Origin: an uncultured Bacteroidales bacterium
Lineage (GTDB): Bacteria; Bacteroidota; Bacteroidia; Bacteroidales; JAUNSR01
Reading direction: 5' to 3'
DNA length: 64,000 nt
Assembly: GCA_947074145.1 (NCBI GenBank)
Contig: CAMTOJ010000007.1
Span: 42,742-106,741, forward strand
Every line of letters begins with the position of its first letter. Position 1 is the first letter of the stretch. A program made the position numbers and the translations under genes. The notes beneath the pieces were generated by a model. That model ran no database searches, had not been told where the DNA came from, and saw nothing but the letters and a program-made list of their open reading frames with translations. This document shows, one piece after another, positions 45,606-57,300 of this stretch.

Positions 45606-48600
45606 ATGAAAGAAAGATTTCTCTGTAAATGTACCGGTATGCATAAATATCGCACGACATGGATTATCTTTTTCCTGTTCGGAATTATTTTAAGCAGTTC
45701 TGCTAATGTGAATCAGGAAAAAACTGTGTCCGGAGTAATTATTTCGGCTCTCGATGATGAGCCGCTTATTGGCGTGTCAGTACTTGTAAAAGGTACTAAC
45801 ACCGGAACGATCACTGATTATGACGGTAAATACACAATTGCCGCATCAGGAGGTCAGACACTTGTATTCTCTTATATAGGATACAACACTCAGGAGATTG
45901 TAATCAACAATCGTCAAACAATCAATGTTTCCATGTATGAAGATCTTAAAATACTTGAAGAAGTTGTTGTAATAGGATTTGAAGTACAAAAGAAAAAACT
46001 TGTAACAGGGGCCACTGTTCAAATTAAAGGAGATGAAATTTTAAAAAGAAACACAACCAACCCACTTCAGGGGATGCAAGGTCAGACTCCCGGGGTAAAT
46101 ATCACATCTACAACCGGTCAGCCGGGTAAAGATATGAAGGTATCCATTCGTGGTTTAGGTACTGTAGGTAATTCACAACCATTATATCTTATAGATGGTG
46201 TGGGTGGAGATATTTCCACTGTTAATCCTGCTGATATCGAATCTATCGATATCCTTAAGGATGCTGCTTCTGCAGCTATCTATGGAGCACAAGCTGCGAA
46301 TGGTGTTGTACTTGTTACAACAAAAAAAGGAAAAGAGGGAAGAAGTCAGGTAATGTTTGATGCTTATTATGGTGTACAAAATGCTGCTCGTACGGTTGAT
46401 ATGCTAAACTCATCTGAATATATGATGATTATGGATGAACAAGCTTTGAACTCAGGTGAAAGCGCATATGATTGGAGCAGTTATAAAAGCATCAAAGATG
46501 CTGATGGCAATTATTATGACACAGACTGGGTTAATTCTTTGTTGAAAGATAATGCGGCAATTCAAAGCTACAATCTTGGAATAACAGGAGGTAATGCTAT
46601 GTCTAACTACTCTATCTCAGGAGGATATATGTCACAAGAAGGTATTGTGGGAGGTAAAGATGTTTCAAACTACGAACGTTATAATTTCCGTGTTAATTCA
46701 GAACATAAAGTTTATAAAGATCTTATTACCGTAGGTGAACATGTAAGTTTCGTTCATAAGAACTCTAAGAACATGGATGATGTAGGTAATGGACATAATG
46801 GAAATAGAATATATTCAGCATTAAATTCATCACCACTTGCTCCAATATATAGTGATAACGGAGCATACGGATCTCCTTACAACAGCACAGCCAGCTCTGA
46901 TTGGAATGGCGGTGACGGTAATCCTTACGGACAGATGATGACCTTATCACAATCTCAGAATAGAAATAACACTTTTGCCGGTGACGTTTATCTTCAAATT
47001 GAACCGATTAAAAATCTTAATATTAAGACTCTTTTTGCTCTATCGTACAGCTCATATGACTACAGAAAATATACTCCAAGATATGAGTTTGATTCATATT
47101 CAAACAAAGACAAAGATTATGCAGAACAGAGCATGGGTAACGGTTATACCACAACATGGCAAAATACGGCTACTTACAGATGGACCGTTGCAGACCATTC
47201 ATTCAATGCACTTTTGGGTATGGAATTATCTATGTCTGACGGTTCTGATGTAGGGGGAAAAAATGCAATGCTTACTAACGGTTTCGGAAGCTGGAATACC
47301 GCATATATCGACAATGGTACAGCTCAATCTAAAGATGCCGGTCTTAGTTTATTTGGTAAACCTTGGGATAGCTCAAGAAACTCTTCTCAATTCGGTCGTC
47401 TTGGATGGAACTGGAAAGAAAGATATATGATCAATGCAACTCTTCGCCATGACGGTTCTTCAAAATTTGCAGAAGGCAATCGTTGGGGATGGTTCCCTTC
47501 TGTATCAGGAGGTTGGACTTTGACAAACGAAGAATGGGCAAATAATTCTGAATCCGGATTAGATTTCCTTAAACTACGTGCAAGTTGGGGTCAGGTTGGT
47601 AACAACAATATTTCTAACTTCCAGTATATGGCACCTATCTCCTATCTTGGATACTATACTTTCGGAACTGTGACAGGTGCAACAAGTGAAGGTTATGTAC
47701 AAGGTGCTTACCCAAGCAGAATAGCTAATAAAAACATCAAATGGGAAACTTCAGAACAAACAAATATCGGTATAGATGCTCGTTTCCTTGACTCGCGATT
47801 AAATTTAGTTGCAGATTATTATATCAAAACAACAAAAGACTGGCTTGTTGAAGCTCCAATTCTTGCAACAACAGGTACAGGAGCTCCATTCATCAATGGT
47901 GGTAATGTTGAAAACTCAGGAGTTGAACTTGCACTTACGTGGTCTGACAGAATCGGTAAAGATTTCAACTATTCAATAAGCGTAAATGGAGCATATAATA
48001 AAAATGAGGTGAAAGATATCCCTAATGAAGACGGTATCATTCACGGCGAATCAGGTAAACTATATGATAACTCAGAAGAGTTTTACAGAGCTCAAAACGG
48101 TCATGCTATCGGTTATTTCTGGGGTTATAAAACAGCAGGTATTTTCCAGAACGAGCAGGAGATAAAAGACTGGGTTGCAGAAGGCAATGGTGTATTGCAA
48201 AATAATCCTCGTCCGGGTGATGTAAAATATGTAGATGTAGATAAAAATGGTCTAATAAATGAAGAAGACCGCGTTGACTTAGGTTGTGGTATTCCTAAAT
48301 ACACATTCGGTTTCTCTATAAATATGGATTGGAAAGGTTTTGATTTCTCAGTAACTGCTAATGGTGTGGCAGGAAATAAATTAGTTCAGTCATACAGACA
48401 AATAGCGGCTAAACAATCTAATTACACAACAGAAATACTTAATCGTTGGACTGGAGAAGGAACTTCAAACAAAATTCCAAGAGTAACAAACACAACAGAT
48501 AACTGGTTATTCTCTGATCTATATATCCACGATGGTGATTATTTGAGAATCAGCAATATCACTCTTGGTTATGATTTTGCGACTGCATTCAGAATTAAAA

Positions 48601-48773
48601 ACATTTCAAAAGCAAGAGTTTATGCACAAGTTCAGAATGCTTTCACATTTACCAAATATAACGGTATGGATCCTGAAATCGGAACAGGTTCTGAAAGTTG
48701 GGTATATGGTCTTGACCAAGGTTACTACCCTCGTGCCAGAACATTCTTGGTTGGTGTAAACCTTTATTTCTAA
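45606..48773 (+). CDS. susC: SusC/RagA-family TonB-linked outer-membrane transporter
   Basis: CarbopepD_reg N-domain (VSGVIISALDDEPLIGVSVLVKGTNTGTITDYDGKYTI), plug (IESIDILKDAASAAIYGAQAANGVVLVTTKKG) and ~1050 aa ending VGVNLYF. The start may be the ATG at 45639. Confidence 0.9.
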   Translation: MKERFLCKCTGMHKYRTTWIIFFLFGIILSSSANVNQEKTVSGVIISALDDEPLIGVSVLVKGTNTGTITDYDGKYTIAASGGQTLVFSYIGYNTQEIVINNRQTINVSMYEDLKILEEVVVIGFEVQKKKLVTGATVQIKGDEILKRNTTNPLQGMQGQTPGVNITSTTGQPGKDMKVSIRGLGTVGNSQPLYLIDGVGGDISTVNPADIESIDILKDAASAAIYGAQAANGVVLVTTKKGKEGRSQVMFDAYYGVQNAARTVDMLNSSEYMMIMDEQALNSGESAYDWSSYKSIKDADGNYYDTDWVNSLLKDNAAIQSYNLGITGGNAMSNYSISGGYMSQEGIVGGKDVSNYERYNFRVNSEHKVYKDLITVGEHVSFVHKNSKNMDDVGNGHNGNRIYSALNSSPLAPIYSDNGAYGSPYNSTASSDWNGGDGNPYGQMMTLSQSQNRNNTFAGDVYLQIEPIKNLNIKTLFALSYSSYDYRKYTPRYEFDSYSNKDKDYAEQSMGNGYTTTWQNTATYRWTVADHSFNALLGMELSMSDGSDVGGKNAMLTNGFGSWNTAYIDNGTAQSKDAGLSLFGKPWDSSRNSSQFGRLGWNWKERYMINATLRHDGSSKFAEGNRWGWFPSVSGGWTLTNEEWANNSESGLDFLKLRASWGQVGNNNISNFQYMAPISYLGYYTFGTVTGATSEGYVQGAYPSRIANKNIKWETSEQTNIGIDARFLDSRLNLVADYYIKTTKDWLVEAPILATTGTGAPFINGGNVENSGVELALTWSDRIGKDFNYSISVNGAYNKNEVKDIPNEDGIIHGESGKLYDNSEEFYRAQNGHAIGYFWGYKTAGIFQNEQEIKDWVAEGNGVLQNNPRPGDVKYVDVDKNGLINEEDRVDLGCGIPKYTFGFSINMDWKGFDFSVTANGVAGNKLVQSYRQIAAKQSNYTTEILNRWTGEGTSNKIPRVTNTTDNWLFSDLYIHDGDYLRISNITLGYDFATAFRIKNISKARVYAQVQNAFTFTKYNGMDPEIGTGSESWVYGLDQGYYPRARTFLVGVNLYF

Positions 48774-48796
48774 TCATAATCTTAATACTAATAAAT

Positions 48797-50464
48797 ATGA
48801 AAAAAATATATATCTACATTCTGGCTTCTATGTTCGTGGGAACGTCGCTTACATCTTGTGACGACTTCCTTGAAGTAGAGTCAAAGACAGAATCAAACAC
48901 CGGTAATTTCTATAAAAGTATAGATGATGCCGAATTGGCTCTTATCGGATGTTATAACGGATGGAAAAGAACAACATCCGATGACACATGGGGATTTTAT
49001 ATCGCTTCAGAACTTATGTCAGATGCCTGCTTCGCGGGTACCGGTGTGGGTGATGCTCCAAGCTTCTCAGTAATCGACCGTTTTGACATCAGCAGATATG
49101 CATCAGGTGTCGATATGCTTAAAACAGCATGGGAAGCATATTACAGATGCGTATATCGTTGTAATGAACTTATCAAATATGATGAATTAGGTCAAATTGA
49201 GTGGAACGGCAATGAAGATGCAAAAGGAAGAATAATGGGAGAATGTCGAATGTTAAGAGCATTATGCTACTTCGATATGATAAGACTTTGGGGAAATATT
49301 CCGCTTCTTACAGAACCAACAGAAGATAATATCCCTCAAAGCGATCCTCTTGAAGTGTATTCTTTGATATTTAATGATATTAAGTATGCTGCAACAAATA
49401 TTCCAACGGATGCTTATCCTAAAAAGAATGCTGCAACCAATGATGGTAGAATCACAAGTTATGCGGCAAAAGCATTGGCTGCAAGAGTATATCTATATCA
49501 AACAGGTTATCTTGGAAAGGAACCTACAGAGATAACTAAAGCTGAAGTTATCGGTTATCTTGATGATATTATGAAATCTGAAGAATACTCTTTACTTCCT
49601 GAATTTAAAGACCTTTGGTCTGCATCTTCAAGTATATCAATGCCTGACAGCTATGCATGGGATCCTGAAAAAACTACTTACAAAGAGATAAATGATGAAG
49701 TTATTCTTCAGATGAAATTCAACTATACTGATGAACGCTATTCAGGAGGTGACCTTGATGGTAACATGTGGGTTGTTATGTTAGGACTTAGAAAATTCTG
49801 GAGTTCCCCTTATGCTTACGGATGGGGATGCTGTACTGTAAATCCAAAACTATGGAACTCTTATGAGGCAGCAGACAAACGTCGTAATGCATCGATAATA
49901 GATATCGAAGGTGAAGGAATTGCTACTATGGACGGATTTACCGAATCATTGAAAGATCAAAGAGAGTATACAGGTTATATGGTTAAGAAATATGCTCCTA
50001 CTTGTTATTATGATGGTACATCATCTGTCCCTGAACAGGTTGTAACCTCGGCAGTACAGCAATTCCAATATAAACCATATGTTGTATTAAGATATGCAGA
50101 TGTTCTTTTAATGGCAGCAGAACTTGGTGGAACACCATCCAAAAGTGCTCAGGATTGTCTTGATGAAGTTCGTGCTCGTGCAGGAGTTTCGACAGGTATT
50201 GCTCCTTCTAAGGAAAACATTATTAAAGAAAGAATGTATGAATTTGCATTTGAGGGTATCCGTTATTGGGACCTTTTGCGTCAGGGAGTTGATTATGCAG
50301 CTGCTCAAATTGCAGAACCTGGAATTTCAGTATTAACCGGAGGACAGTCGGAAACAATAGAGATTTCAAAGGATAATATTATTAGTAAGAAAGGATTGAT
50401 GCAGATTCCTCAGACACAAATAAATCTGTCGTCTAATGTCCTTAAACAAAATCCGGGATGGTAA
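48797..50464 (+). CDS. susD: SusD/RagB-family glycan-binding lipoprotein
   Basis: Lipobox LTSCDDFLEV, ECRMLRALCYFDMIRLWGNIPL and C-terminal IPQTQINLSSNVLKQNPGW. Confidence 0.9.
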   Translation: MKKIYIYILASMFVGTSLTSCDDFLEVESKTESNTGNFYKSIDDAELALIGCYNGWKRTTSDDTWGFYIASELMSDACFAGTGVGDAPSFSVIDRFDISRYASGVDMLKTAWEAYYRCVYRCNELIKYDELGQIEWNGNEDAKGRIMGECRMLRALCYFDMIRLWGNIPLLTEPTEDNIPQSDPLEVYSLIFNDIKYAATNIPTDAYPKKNAATNDGRITSYAAKALAARVYLYQTGYLGKEPTEITKAEVIGYLDDIMKSEEYSLLPEFKDLWSASSSISMPDSYAWDPEKTTYKEINDEVILQMKFNYTDERYSGGDLDGNMWVVMLGLRKFWSSPYAYGWGCCTVNPKLWNSYEAADKRRNASIIDIEGEGIATMDGFTESLKDQREYTGYMVKKYAPTCYYDGTSSVPEQVVTSAVQQFQYKPYVVLRYADVLLMAAELGGTPSKSAQDCLDEVRARAGVSTGIAPSKENIIKERMYEFAFEGIRYWDLLRQGVDYAAAQIAEPGISVLTGGQSETIEISKDNIISKKGLMQIPQTQINLSSNVLKQNPGW

Positions 50465-50487
50465 TAACAATTAAAAATTTTAAGGCC

Positions 50488-52299
50488 ATGAGAAAAATAT
50501 TTTCAAACATATATGTTCCGTTAATCGGAATTTCAATGATACTTCCGGGGTGCTCTCCGGAGACATTTGAACAGCAAACACCCGATGTCTCATCAGATGA
50601 TCTTATTGAGGGAATTGCTTATACAATAACTCCGGATCCGTCTAATCCGAATCTTATTCACCTGGAGAGTAAAATGTCGTCCGACTATACTCCTTTATGG
50701 GAACATCCTATGGGAAGAAGTCAGGAAAAAAAGGTAACTCTTAAAATGGCTTTTGAAGGTCAATATCCCGTGAAATTCGGAGTAATAACACGAGGTGGGG
50801 CTGTTTATGGAGAACCTGCTACTTTCAATATCGATGCATTTCATGCAGCTTTCGTAACAGGTGATATGTGGGATATGCTTGCAGGTGGTGCAGGAAACTC
50901 AAAAACATGGGTTCCTGACAATGGTAATTATGGAAAAAAACAGGGCTTTTATTCATGTTTTGATCCTTCAGCGACCTATCTGGATATGGTGGATGATGAG
51001 AATAACGGTAAATGGTATGCTAAAGATAAGACTTGGTGGGAACCTTCTAATAGTGATGTCGGTATTTCAGAAGATGATCTTAAGTCTTTTATGACATTTT
51101 CTCTTGAGGGAAAAGCCGGTCTTACTACTCACCGTTTTACTAACGGAGAAGAGATTGTAAGTCAAGGATTATACAACATGAATACAGACGATCATACCAT
51201 CTCTGCAATTGATATAGATTTTATTTTCGGAGAGTGGGCAAATGGTAAGGCTGTAGATTTTAGAAATGGATTCCAAATCCTTGCTCTTACCGAAGATCAA
51301 CTTATGATTGCAAATTATCGTGATGAGGCTCTTTCCGGTGAAGGCAGATGTATCTATTGCTGGAATTTCGTTTCCAAAGAATACGCTGATAGTTATGTTC
51401 CTCCTGTAAAAGAGGATCCAACACCTACCCTTCCGGATGATTGGATGTCTGATGTTTCTCAGATTGTAACAAGCACTCTTACATGGAAGTTATCTGCTGA
51501 TTCTCCATTCGATTGGTGTAATCCTGACGGATCAAGAATAAATAATTATTCATCTTATGGTGATTATCCTGAACATTTGAAACCGATTGCAGCTTCTTCT
51601 GATGTTTCTCTTACATTCCGAAGCTCAACAGGCGAATATATATTATCTCTTCCTAACGGAAATGAGGTAGAGGGTGGTTATACAATGGGTAATGACGGAT
51701 TCTACACTTTTGACAATGCTCTTTCTTCTTATCTTATTGGCGGAAATGATGTATACTTCAAAGCCTCTGTCGATAATACACTAAGACTTTTGAGTTATGA
51801 GAAAACAGGTAATGCTGTTACTGAACTTTGGTTAGGAGTTCCTCAATATAATGCAGAAGGAAAAATATCTCAATATTTAGCTTATCATTTCGAAATATTA
51901 AGCGATGCTCCGGTTGAACAATTATTTGAAGCTAAATTGAATTATTTCAATATGGGTTGGAGTTTCTACGCAAGCGATCCTGTTTATATAAGTAAAGAGG
52001 GATTATATAGTTTCGAAATCAAAGGTTCTGACAATGACCCTCAGGGTGTATTCCTTGACGTTTATGAAATACTAAATGTACATCCTAATACATTTATTAG
52101 AATAGAGAATATTTCTGTTGACGGCAACAATTTAGAATTTGACGATGACAAAATTGATCGTGGAACAGGTGATGATCCGGGAACATCAAGAAGATATGTT
52201 CTCAATCCGTGGATGGAAGTTCCGGCATTTAGTGATCCTTCACAGTTTGCTTTTAATGAATCATTTATTGTTACTATATCAATTACTTTTAATGATTAA
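50488..52299 (+). CDS. PUL-encoded surface lipoprotein of unknown fold (candidate SGBP)
   Basis: Lipobox MILPGCSPE. It occupies the position directly after susD. No catalytic motifs recognised. The ATG at 50488 is preferred over the 50458 extension that overlaps susD. Confidence 0.6.
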   Translation: MRKIFSNIYVPLIGISMILPGCSPETFEQQTPDVSSDDLIEGIAYTITPDPSNPNLIHLESKMSSDYTPLWEHPMGRSQEKKVTLKMAFEGQYPVKFGVITRGGAVYGEPATFNIDAFHAAFVTGDMWDMLAGGAGNSKTWVPDNGNYGKKQGFYSCFDPSATYLDMVDDENNGKWYAKDKTWWEPSNSDVGISEDDLKSFMTFSLEGKAGLTTHRFTNGEEIVSQGLYNMNTDDHTISAIDIDFIFGEWANGKAVDFRNGFQILALTEDQLMIANYRDEALSGEGRCIYCWNFVSKEYADSYVPPVKEDPTPTLPDDWMSDVSQIVTSTLTWKLSADSPFDWCNPDGSRINNYSSYGDYPEHLKPIAASSDVSLTFRSSTGEYILSLPNGNEVEGGYTMGNDGFYTFDNALSSYLIGGNDVYFKASVDNTLRLLSYEKTGNAVTELWLGVPQYNAEGKISQYLAYHFEILSDAPVEQLFEAKLNYFNMGWSFYASDPVYISKEGLYSFEIKGSDNDPQGVFLDVYEILNVHPNTFIRIENISVDGNNLEFDDDKIDRGTGDDPGTSRRYVLNPWMEVPAFSDPSQFAFNESFIVTISITFND

Positions 52300-52384
52300 A
52301 CTATATTTTAACATAGATTTTTTACAATACCGGATCATTTTGATCCGGTATTGATTTAATACATTAATATAATATCATTAAGCC

Positions 52385-54163
52385 ATGAATAATAAATTGA
52401 AAGTTGGAATGAATATATTTACTATAATGTTGTTATTTAATATCTCATTATGGTCTTGCTCTGATGATGATAAAAAAAAGGTTGATGCGGTGGAATTTAA
52501 ACTAAGTAAAGAGTCTTTTAGTTTCGGCAAAAATGGAGGCGAAGAAATTTTATATGTTCAAACCAATGTCACACCTACTATCAGTTTTGATGCTGATTGG
52601 TGCACTATTAAAGAGGAAACTACTAATTCTGATAAAAACAGGAAATATACATTAACTGTTGCTCCTAACACTGAAACTTTTCAAAGAAGCATAGATATCA
52701 TATTTGCTATCAATGATAATCAAACGCAAAGACTAAATGTAAGTCAAGCCGCTTCTGAATATTTATTTATAGAAAATAAACTTTATTCATTAAATTCAGA
52801 AGAAAGTTACATAGATATTCAGATTAAATCAACTAAAGGCTATAGTATTGAGATAGCAAATGAAGCATGGGTAAAACATATTGAAACAAAAGCAATAGCA
52901 GATAGTACAGGATATGTATATACAGAAGTAACTAACAGCACAGAGCAATTTTTTATTGATGTAAATCAGATGCCTGAAGATAGAGCAACATCAATAACTT
53001 TCACATTAGGTGATTATTCCGAGATTGTAGAGATAATTCAAAGTGGTAAAGATAAACCGGCTCCCGATAAGACTGGTATGGAGAGTGATGCTATAGAATT
53101 AGCAAAAAAGATGTTTCTTGGATGGAACCTTGGTAATTCTCTTGAGGTCCCTAAAAGTGAGATAGGTTGGGGTAATCCAAAAACTACAAAATCAATGATC
53201 GATGCAGTTAAAGCAACAGGAATTAATGCTGTACGCATTCCGTGTGCATGGAATAGTTACCTTGAAGATCAAATAACATATAAGATTAAAGAATCATGGC
53301 TATCGAGAGTAAAAGAGGTTGTAAGCTATTGTGTTGATAATGATATGTATGCCATAATAAATATACATTGGGATGAAGAATGGCTTGAAAGAAATTGTAC
53401 TGTAGATAAACAGGATGAGGTAGCCAGAAAACAAAGTATATTATGGACTCAAATCGCAACTTATTTCCGCGATTTTGATGAGCATCTTCTATTTGCGGGG
53501 TGCAATGAACCTGATGTTACAAACAAAACAGGGATGGCTGTTCTTAAAGTTTATGAGCAAACTTTTATTGATGCCGTTCGTGGAACAGGAGGAAAAAATG
53601 CCTATAGAAATCTTATCATTCAAGGTCCATTGACAAATATCGATCATACTTACGATTTCATGGATATGGCGGTGGATGTTGTTCCTAATAGATTAATGAT
53701 GGAGGTTCACTATTATGATCCATGGCAGTTCGCTCTTAAAGAGGAAGATGGACCGCAGAGATGGGAGAAACTTCAATATTTCTGGGGAACAGAAAACCAA
53801 AAACATGCTGTAGGTGAATATTCTGAGCGTTGGAATGAATATGGTAATGAAGATTTCGTTATTACTCAATTTGCAAAAATGAAATCTCGTTATTCTGACA
53901 ATAATATTCCTGTTATCCTGGGTGAATTCGGGGCAACACATAGAAAGTTTGATGATCCTGTTCTACAAGCTCTTCATGATGAATCTATAGCATATTTCCA
54001 TAAATATGTAATTACTCAGGCCAAAAATCATGGATTGGTTCCATTCTTTTGGGACATGGGATATGATATGTCCATTTTTGAAAGAAAAAATAATATGAAA
54101 ACAAAGGACTTTTTACTAAATGCCATGATAGATGGTGCTAAAGAAGGAGTCTATCCGTTTTAA
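52385..54163 (+). CDS. GH5 endo-beta-glucanase (xyloglucanase-type context) lipoprotein with two N-terminal BACON-like domains
   Basis: Lipobox LWSCSDD. GWNLGNSLE, NIHWDEEW, acid/base in FAGCNEPD and nucleophile in ILGEFGA. Confidence 0.85.
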   Translation: MNNKLKVGMNIFTIMLLFNISLWSCSDDDKKKVDAVEFKLSKESFSFGKNGGEEILYVQTNVTPTISFDADWCTIKEETTNSDKNRKYTLTVAPNTETFQRSIDIIFAINDNQTQRLNVSQAASEYLFIENKLYSLNSEESYIDIQIKSTKGYSIEIANEAWVKHIETKAIADSTGYVYTEVTNSTEQFFIDVNQMPEDRATSITFTLGDYSEIVEIIQSGKDKPAPDKTGMESDAIELAKKMFLGWNLGNSLEVPKSEIGWGNPKTTKSMIDAVKATGINAVRIPCAWNSYLEDQITYKIKESWLSRVKEVVSYCVDNDMYAIINIHWDEEWLERNCTVDKQDEVARKQSILWTQIATYFRDFDEHLLFAGCNEPDVTNKTGMAVLKVYEQTFIDAVRGTGGKNAYRNLIIQGPLTNIDHTYDFMDMAVDVVPNRLMMEVHYYDPWQFALKEEDGPQRWEKLQYFWGTENQKHAVGEYSERWNEYGNEDFVITQFAKMKSRYSDNNIPVILGEFGATHRKFDDPVLQALHDESIAYFHKYVITQAKNHGLVPFFWDMGYDMSIFERKNNMKTKDFLLNAMIDGAKEGVYPF

Positions 54164-54184
54164 TAAGTATTGTGTGTTATCAGA

Positions 54185-54223
54185 GAAAGAGTTATTCAAA
54201 GAAATAACTCTTTCTTTTTTTTT
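54185..54223 (+). terminator. Rho-independent terminator after GH5
   Basis: GAAAGAGTTATT (54185-54196) / AATAACTCTTTC (54203-54214), followed by T9. Confidence 0.85.
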
Positions 54224-54301
54224 ATAATTTAAATGAATCAATATTTCATATTTTGAGAAAATATAACCGCTTCATTTTTGTATTTTTTCCATAAATTATC
54301 T

Positions 54302-54309
54302 TATGTTTG
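54302..54309 (+). promoter_or_regulatory. Candidate -7 box (TATGTTTG) for the HTCS gene
   Basis: Matches TAnnTTTG, 21 nt upstream of the ATG at 54331. Confidence 0.35.
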
Positions 54310-54330
54310 TTTAAACATGAGATTATTACC

Positions 54331-57300
54331 ATGACACACCTTAATTCTACTAAATCTGTATCTATTTTTATTATCCTATTCTTTATCTTTTCAACTTTAA
54401 GTGCTAATGAATATATGTTTAAGCATCTTGAAGTAAAAGATGGCCTATCAAACAATCAAATTAATCATATTTTCAAAGATAGTGAAGGCTATATGTGGTT
54501 TTCTACAGCCTCCGGACTTAATAGATATGATGGTAATCAAGTAAAGATATTTCGTAGTTATGATATAGAGAAAGGTCCCCTACCCGATAATTATGTTTAT
54601 GATGTCCAGGAAGACATTGCGAAGAATTTGTGGATACGTACGGAAGAGGGATATAGTGTTTATATTCCGGAAACTGAAAGTTTTGACAAAGATATTAGAG
54701 CGAGAATGTGGGATATTGGAATTGATGGTATTCCTAATCTTATTTATATAGACAATCATAAAAATATATGGTGTTATATGGGATATCATGGAGTATATTC
54801 TTATAATAATGAAACTAAATCCACATCGTTTATAAGCTTTAAAGATGAAAATATTGAGTTCGGTGAAATTATGAATATCTCCGAATGTGCAGATGGTGTT
54901 TTATTTATATTCAATTCCGGGATAGTGGTATGTATTGATATTATAAATAATAACAAAAAATGGATAATCAATGAGATCAACAAGGAGATAGGTAGTGATA
55001 AATTTGAATTTTTTGCTTCTTTTACTGATAAAGATGAAGATATCTGGATATATGGTCCTTTAGGTATTTGGATTTACGATTATAAGAACAAAGTATGGAA
55101 TAATAATCTTAAAAAATATATCCGAGAATATTCAAGTAATAAAATGATAAGAACTATAACTCAGGATATTGATGGGCTTATATGGATAGGTAAAGATCAG
55201 GATGGTATAGATATTATAAATAAAGAAAACGGACATATTGTTTCTTTAAACAATTGTCCCGATGATGAAAGAAGTCTTCAAAATAATACTATTTGTTCGA
55301 TATATGCTGATCGTGATAAAAGTATGTGGGTTGGTACATTCAAAAAAGGATTATCATATTACAATGAAAGTGCTTTCAAATTTGATATAAATCATATTGG
55401 AGACATCAATTGTTTTGAAGAGGATAAAAATGGAATAATCTGGCTCGGCACCAATGATGGAGGTTTAATAAAATGGAATTATAAGAGCAATAAAAAAGAG
55501 GTTTACACTTCATCTAACACAAAAAACTTAAATGCCAATGTGATTGTAAGTTTGTTAAAAACACACGATGGGAAACTATGGATTGGGACATTTTGGGGAG
55601 GACTTAGTTGTTATGATAATGGGAAATTTATCAATTATATGAATAAACCCGGTGATAAAAATTCTCTTGCCAATAATAATATTTGGGCTTTGACTGAAGA
55701 TAAAAAAGGAAATATCTGGATTGGGACGCTTGGCTGCGGAATTCAGAAGTTCAATCCTAAATCTGGGGAGTTCAAAACCTATAATATATCCACTCATGGA
55801 CTTCCTTCCGATCATGTATCATCTTTCTTTATTACAAAAGATAATAATATGCTTATAGGAACTTCTCGTGGTATAGCAATTATGGATCTTAAAACAGAAA
55901 AGATTACTAATATATCAGGTACAAAATCAGGTACGAAAAGTTTTTCTAACATGAGCATTAATCATGTAATAGAAGATAGTAGAGGTCTTATATGGATTGC
56001 AACCAGGGATCTTCTGAATATTTACAATCCAAAAAATGATGAATTAAAGATTATAAAACTCGAAGATGGATTGTCCAATCAATATGTTGCCGGAATAGTT
56101 GAAGATAATAATAAAAACATGTGGGTATCAACTGCTCGCGGAGTAACAAATATTATTGTAGAAACTGATGGTAAAAACAATTATAAATACCATTGTTTTC
56201 CTTATGATCATAAAGACGGACTTCTTAATTGTGAATTCAATCAACGCTCAATATTAAAGCTATCTTCAGGTGAAATCCTTATTGGTGGATTGTATGGTAT
56301 AAGTGGAGTTTCATCTGGCACATTCAGATACAATAAAACAGAACCTAATGTTATCTTCACCAATTTATCGCTTTTTAATGAAGAAGTTGTAATAGGTGAG
56401 AAATATGATAATAATATCATTCTCGAAAAGGCAATAAATCATACACAATCAATTACCCTTAAATTTCATCAAAACATATTTAGCATACAGTTCTCTTCAG
56501 ACAATTATGTATTGCCTGAAAAAATGAAATATAGTTATATGCTTGAAGGATTCCATAATGAATGGTTGACAACCAATATAGGTAAGGCAACCTTTACGAA
56601 TTTGGCACCCGGTAAATATAAACTAAAGGTAAAAGCAACAAATAATGACGGCTATTCAAGTTCTAAAATATCAACTTTAAATATCATAATAAGTCCTCCA
56701 TTTTGGCAGACCGGATATGCCTATTTTTTATATGCAGTATGTTTAATCCTGTTTTTATTTATCGCAAGATATATTATCTTAAGAATTGAAAGAAACAAGT
56801 ATAAAATAAAACAAATTGAGAATGAAGCTTTAAGAAATCAGGAATTAAATGATATGAAACTTCGTTTCTTTACAAATGTTAGTCATGACCTTAGAACACC
56901 ACTAACTCTTATTCTGACACCTCTTGATGCATTGATAAAAGAGCATAAAACTGATGATAATTTAAGTGATAAACTTAAGATGATTCAAAGAAATGGTATA
57001 AGACTTCTTAACCTTGTGAATCAACTTCTGGATTTCAGAAAAGGTGATGTAAACGGACATCAGCTCAATCTTTCAGATGGAGATATTATCGAATATATAA
57101 ATCTGATATGCAAATCATTTGGAGAACTATCGGAATCGAAGAATGTACATTTGACATTTTTTTCATCAATTCCCTCTCTTACAATATCTTTCGATGAAGA
57201 TAAAATAGGAAAAGTAATAATGAATCTTCTCTCCAATGCTTTCAAGTTTACACCGAAAGACGGAAGAGTGGATGTATCTGTTGAAGTAATAAAAAATTTG

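Noticed and set aside
50458-50487. 10-codon extension of the SGBP ORF overlapping the susD stop
   Set aside because: The ATG at 50488 gives the proper lipoprotein signal. The extension starts inside susD.
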